Source of the DNA: Amphiscolops sp. MND2022 | Taxonomy: Eukaryota | Length of the DNA stretch: 64,000 bases | Direction: 5' to 3' | Assembly: GCA_964187785.1 (NCBI GenBank) | Contig: OZ076409.1 | Location: 82,710,001 to 82,774,000, forward strand | In this document: positions 58,201-64,000 of the stretch, in pieces | Position numbering within the stretch: position 1 is the stretch's first letter | Layout of the letters: the number at the start of each line of letters is the position of its first letter | Made by a program: the position numbers and the translations under genes | The notes under the pieces: generated by a model | What the model was told of the DNA's origin: nothing | The model's database searches: none | What the model saw: only the letters and a program-made list of their open reading frames with translations

Positions 58201-61200
58201 GAATTTGACGATTTGTTCATGAAGCATAAGGCTAACATCCGTCGTTGTTTCATAGCCAAACACCCAGTAGAGGTGGAACCAGGTGCCATGCCGCATCATG
58301 AAGGTGCCAGCTGCATGTCCCCTCAAAAAGCAGAACGTGCTAATCAGGAAGTGCACCATTTGCTTACCCTAGGAATGATTCAACCTTCACTGTCCCCTTG
58401 GGCCAGCAGCATTGTCATGGTTAAGTAAAAGAACGGTGAGTTACGGTTTTGCTCTGGCTTCGGTTCACTGAACGAGGTGACCATCAAAGACGCATGAACA
58501 CTGCCTCGAATAGACGAGAGCTTAGATTGTTGGGGCAAAGCTAAAATCTACACCAGGATCGATTTGGCTTGGGCATTCTGGCAGGTCACAGTTAGAAAGG
58601 CTGATCGCCAGAAAACTGCATTTGCCTGCGGCTTGAGCTCTTCCAATAGAAACGCATGCCTTTTGGCATGTGTAATGCCTCCGCCACCTTCTAGAGAGCG
58701 ATAGCTCGACCGCTTCGCAAAATTGTGAATCGGAAAGGCAGTATGGTTTTGGCATACATTGACGACATAGTGATCGCCACAGAAACCGTGGAGGACCACA
58801 TGGTACGCCTCCGTGAAGTTTTCGGAAGCCTGAGTGAGGCAGGATTCAAAATTCGAGTTGCCAAGTGTGACTTCATGAAGTCAGAGATCAAGTACTTGGG
58901 CCGCGTAGTGTCAGCAAAAGGCGTAAAGCCTGACCCCAAAGCTGTCGCATAACTGCGAGACTCGGAGATTCACCGCAACAAGACTGAGATGCAGCGCTTT
59001 TTGGGCTTCGTCAACTACTACCGTGAGTTCATCCCTTGGCATGCCAAACACGTTGCTCCTCTGCACGCCACCACGGGGGAGAACGCCACTTTCGCGTGGG
59101 GGGCGGAACAACAGCAGGCCTTCAACGGAATCAGAAAAGCCCTGATCGAAGCGACTGCTCTCGCGCAGCCCGACCCTTATGGCGAATATGTGCTGGACAC
59201 TGACGCCAGTGCTGTAGCGATTTCCGGTATCTTCTACCAGTGGAATGGTCCCCCAGGAGATCGACGTCTTGCACATAGTTTCTGGCAGTGAAAAACTCAC
59301 TGCAACGCAAGCAAAATAAGGAGTTCCCAAGTTGGATATGTACGCTGCCTACCACTTCATTGTAAAAAATCACAGTTACCTATATCCCCGAAAGTTCACC
59401 CTAAGAGTGGACAACCTAGCACTTTCAAGGCTGAAAGCCTATTCCACCGATCAGGATTTCATTGGTCGTTGGATAATGACACTTGAGATGTATCACTTCA
59501 GCGTCGATCACCGCCCGCGAAAACAATATCGCAAAGCCGATAGATTGTGGAAGCGGACCAACGACTATCGTTGTCGGGAACAACAACTCGAGAAGCTACC
59601 ACCCGTAGCTGAATGCTGGAATTTCTTGTCCCAAGAGGAGTACGAGCCATTGCCCACTGCACCTTCATTTAACCCCGACATACCACCGCACTTGGGTCAT
59701 GTCCCACCCACTCCTCCCAGTATGGTCCACCGTATTATTCGTCGAACCCAACGAACAAAACGACGGAAAGAACAAAAAGAGGTCACCTCCTCCACCAGTA
59801 TTGCATGCCCACGAAGATTCCTTTCCTGACTATCCCGAAGACTGGACAGACGTTACCGAAGAAGCGAGTCGTGACTATCTGCCACCGACGCATGTCACCA
59901 ACGTCACCAACATACGCGCTGGCGGAGGCCAGCGGAGCAGTACTACAAAATACCACTAACAACATTAAACAGGCCGTCCTGGCCATCCGGGACCTGCGCA
60001 CTGACCTCCATGAACGTGCCCACACTGTCCATGGCCTTAAAGACGTAGTGCTAGCCCAAAACCGGGATGTTCACGTGTTAGCCCTCCAAAAGTTTGTCAG
60101 TAACAAAAACATCGACCACGACATCATTCCAGGAGATGTGTGTGCCTTTGCCCGCACCTGTTTCAAACAGAAAACAAACTTACTGTTCCTGAACTCCAAC
60201 GGAGTTCTCTGCGCGAAATACCCTCATTCGCAAGGGTCGTTGGACGAACGGCCCTGCATGATTGTCATGCCCCAGCTATATCAACACGAAATCTTGTTCC
60301 GTGCGCATGATGCCATGGGCCACCAAGGCATCAGCAAAGTCATCGCACGCATTCAGGAGCGCCACACTTGGCTTGGTCTTCGTCGCACTGTCGGACAATA
60401 CGTCGGCCAATGCCTCACATGCCAACAGGTACGAGACAAGCAGACGACGTTCGCTTTCACCTCAAAAACATCCAAAGCGGGTACTTTAATGAGCTGGTCC
60501 AGTACGACCACGTGAAGCTCTGCCCCTCTGACGATGGTAACACGGTCGAATCTCAGTCATCATAGATCAACTTCTCAAAGTTTGCTGAAGCAGTGTCTTG
60601 CAGCCGCCACGACAAGTATGATGCTATCACCACATTCTGTTTGTTACTCCAGAAGTGGTTTGCTCGCCATAGCACGCCTACGCGTATGCAGTCCGACAGT
60701 GCTCCTAATTTGACTGATGAAGTTTCAAATGAGTTCATGAAGGCATCACAGGTCACCAAGGTGACATCAACTGCTGGTCACCCACGCACCCAAGGACTAG
60801 TGGAACGCCAGCAGAACCGCACTGCGGACTGGGATCAGCACCTTGACGAAGTGCTCGGTGCTTAAAACTCCACCCGGCACGCGACAACAGGATTCTCCCT
60901 ACATGTTGACTCGTGTTACCGAAAAAGCGATTCCGCTTACGTACCTATACCCAGAGTTTGCCACGCAGTCGTTTGCAATTCATGACATATATGTCGACCA
61001 TGTGTTGGCTCGCCAACAAGAGGTGCATGACTTGGTGCGTCGCAACACCCACAAGGCTCAGCTACGTCAGAAGCTGATATACGATCGCGCCGTCCGCAAA
61101 GGCGTCCAAACTTGGCCCGCATCGTGTCGCTCATGTTTTGCAAGATGGGCGTGTCTATATCTTAGATACCGGACAAAAGGTTCACTTTGAGCACCTCAAA

Positions 61201-63075
61201 CTACATCAAAGTGGCCCCACTGAATACGCCACAACCACCTTGACACCGGTAACATAGCCGTCATTATGGACCCGAAACCCGTGCGCTCTGTTGAACCCAT
61301 AACCGATGATTTGTCGCAACCTTCATGCAGGACTGAGCAACGGCTTTCAGAAGCCTCAAATGTGTCATTGCCCTCACGTCGAAAACATTGAATGAACAAT
61401 GGACTCCGCACCCAGCTCCGTGCGGGAGGGTCTCGGCTGCACTATCAGCAGTTTGACTACTCCACCTCCGACACCGACGGTGAACCTTTTTATGCCATGC
61501 TCCGTATCCTTACCTATCCTCAAGCCCACACCAAGCCGACCCCCTGAATTGTCGCTATCCCGTCCACCATCCCCTTCCCTAGATGATGCCGTGCTATCTG
61601 CCCCCAAACTCCCGACAGCTCCTTCTTTCAGTAGGGGGAGGGGGAAGTCTCCAGAGAGATCACGAGTTTCTCGTCAGAGGAAAGCACCGCCCAGGAAATT
61701 GGCTTCGCAGAGGCAGAGACTCAGACAGGGTCTCAGGACAGGGATCAATTGAGACAAAAGCGACAGCCTCGCTACAGATGCGGAACGTGTGGACTACGCG
61801 ATTGTGTCTACATACTAGGGGTAACTGAGAACCGGGAGGTTCCTATTGGAGCCCGGGGAGTCCCCTCGGAAGAACGACAAGGCGAGGACCTGGTTCACCG
61901 TATTATAGTACGTGCAGGGAAAGCCATCGCTGGGGTAGAACAAACGCTGACAATTACTCAGCCGAGGATATTCGACAGCAGAATGCCCTGCCCAGTGTCG
62001 CAAAGGCGCCGTGTCATCGGTTTAAGGAATGGACAAGCGACAGCAAAGGCCTGGAATTCACGCTAGCGACGGTGATTCCCCTTGTCCCCCCTAACAATAG
62101 TATTTGGCCCGTTCAACTTCGAAGGAGAGCCGGTGCAAATGGCTAGGTGCATAACTGCTGATCTCCTACTCAACCGATACGGGGTACAAGTCGTGCCAGG
62201 TGGCGTCTACAGTCCAGCTCCGTACTGGTGGTTATTGGTGACTGCGCCACGTGTTGATATGCTAGTGAACCCACAGCACCTGTTGCTGGGTTTGGTAAGC
62301 CTGAGAACTTCTACCACGGAAGATATACTTCTATGCTTCCATCTCGTCGATTGGTATCGGGGTAAGGTGAAATTTCGTTGGTGCTTAGAATACATTCTCA
62401 CTTGCTTCGTCAACTACCCGCAGATCCGATTACTGGACGTGTGAATCCACACCTTTGAAGAACCCCTGCCCACTAAGGCAGCGGTGAGCACTTTGGACAC
62501 ATGGGTCCGGGCGAATGTGGACAATCAAGCATATGTGTGCCTCCTGACAACGGGCCTGGGCGAGAAATCATATACCCCGGCAGCTTACGACCCAATCAGG
62601 TGGAATACATTTCGTAAGACATGACTGATTTCCTGCTGCTGAACGCCACATTGCATTGGCAAGGGCCGATTTGGAAACCAGTTCTGCCGTGCTGCGCTAT
62701 GTACTACGCGAGTGCCGGGGGGGCAGGTCTTCTCCCTACTCCCACAGCAGGTAGGGGATGTGCTGACGCTCACACCTCCATTACAAACAAACCTTCTCAA
62801 ACTATCCACTTGATAATTACCCGTACAAATCAGATAGCCGATGACTTCCTGCTCTGTTTGGAGAAACTAATGCTATAGCTCGGAGACAGAGGAGTGTCAA
62901 CCATACACTTTCTGATAATGGATCCTGAGCGGCCAGTTTAATCGTTGGCCAATCTGTGCCAAATACTGATGAATGTGTTCGCAGGGACCATTATCAACGT
63001 GACATTGCACAATCGTATGTACGTGTCAATATTGGGCATCAAAATGGGGAAGGAACCAACCATAGCAATGCCCTA
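55299..63075 (+). pseudogene. Decayed gag-pol of D, including macrodomain-like tail (limits approximate)
   Basis: Fragments LVDTGSG, AYIDD, LDTDAS, HDAMGHQG, QSD, YRCGTCGLRDC and IVFGPFN are colinear with C. Confidence 0.93.
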
Positions 63076-63377
63076 AAGCTCCTGCTACTTGCACTCGTGC
63101 TGCCACGGCACAAACTTGGCCGTGGACCACGGTCTCACATCCTTTTGTGTTGTTTAGCTATAGAAGCGCCCTGAGCGCTTCCTTTTCTCTCAACTTCCTG
63201 CATGTAGACGCTGACAGATGATGCCATAAGCATCGCCTCAGCGTACCACTACTTAATGTAGTGGTCACCGCTAGTAGATAACGTGTTCCTTTAAGGAGCC
63301 CGTAGTTTTCATTAACTGTGTGGCAGGATATGGTGCGAAAAGGGTCCAACGAGTACTGTTTTTAGACCTATGTTAAG

Positions 63378-63932
63378 ATGGCCTACAATCAAACGACAGG
63401 TCATATAGCCCCCCTTCCGTACCTGCCGGCACCGCACCTTCATATGACGCAGCGAATCACAAGGGCAGCGAATCTAACAAGTGCAGAGGAAAAACTGCTA
63501 AATGGCATAACGCCCGCGGCAGTAGCTGGTGTTACTGCCATGTTGGCCCAATTAGAGTGTCAGCAGACGCTGCCCAGTATGACAGTCTCTATTGTAGCCG
63601 ATGTATCTGGCTACAAGCGCACCATGACATGCACAAATTGTGTATGGGATGGGCATGACCTCACCCATCAATTCCTTGACGATAAATCAACCTCAGTGTA
63701 CGGACCTGGAAATCAGACAACAACGTTCAAGCAGGAGGCCTCACTGCGCATGTCTCCTTGCGTGCCTGTTCCACAACCAATGCCACCAGCACACTTGGTG
63801 ATACAACCACAGCCTCTATATCTGTCACAGCCTCCACACTATCTACCTCACGTGCAACAACTAGTGTCCAAGCGGCACCAAGCACACAGACGCCACACAC
63901 CAGTGCTCCCGCCTTGCGAGCGCCGCACATAG
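63378..63932 (+). CDS. Possible 3' accessory ORF of D (Pro/Gln/His-rich), unknown function
   Basis: 184-aa ATG ORF after pol; no recognisable domain and no clear counterpart in C. Confidence 0.3.
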   Translation: MAYNQTTGHIAPLPYLPAPHLHMTQRITRAANLTSAEEKLLNGITPAAVAGVTAMLAQLECQQTLPSMTVSIVADVSGYKRTMTCTNCVWDGHDLTHQFLDDKSTSVYGPGNQTTTFKQEASLRMSPCVPVPQPMPPAHLVIQPQPLYLSQPPHYLPHVQQLVSKRHQAHRRHTPVLPPCERRT

Positions 63933-64000
63933 TACTGCAGGGTACCGCCTCAACGTCTAATCTGGAGCTCGCGGGCTGCAGTCAGGTCTCTAGCGCCAGT

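Larger units (their letters stand above)
51000..64000 (+). mobile_element. Element D: decayed Ty3/Gypsy element related to C, head-to-head with C; runs past the window end (start approximate)
   Basis: Same PBS as C, homologous leader blocks, colinear gag-pol fragments with many stops and frameshifts. Confidence 0.92.

Noticed and set aside
1..64000. tRNA, rRNA or prokaryotic operons
   Set aside because: None recognisable; only tRNA-complementary PBS motifs are present.

Overview
Repeat-dominated eukaryotic (animal-like) window with no intact host gene. It holds four Ty3/Gypsy LTR retrotransposons of two lineages. Element A (<1-4104, +) is only a 3' end. Element B (17289-33784, +) is complete: 2354-bp LTRs, ATTGG TSD, intact gag and -1 frameshifted pol. 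Element C (34079-49441, -) has 773-bp LTRs and a gag-pol ORF broken by one stop. Element D (~51000->64000, +) is a decayed relative of C. The rest is a 4.3-kb tandem duplication with a 103-bp palindrome, a solo-LTR-like unit between 164-bp direct repeats, a Tc1/mariner-type MITE and a dispersed DINE-1/HINE-like repeat. Main observation: A and B share an accessory cassette between pol and the 3' LTR. It consists of an antisense gene with 7 predicted GT-AG introns encoding a ~1030-aa zinc-finger protein that resembles a catalytically dead hAT transposase, a divergent promoter region, and a sense SIM-containing ORF that runs across the PPT into U3. In both elements Gag starts inside the LTR. C and D instead carry an AT-hook and two degenerate TARG1-like macrodomains after integrase. 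All family assignments were made by eye and need profile/structure searches and RNA data.
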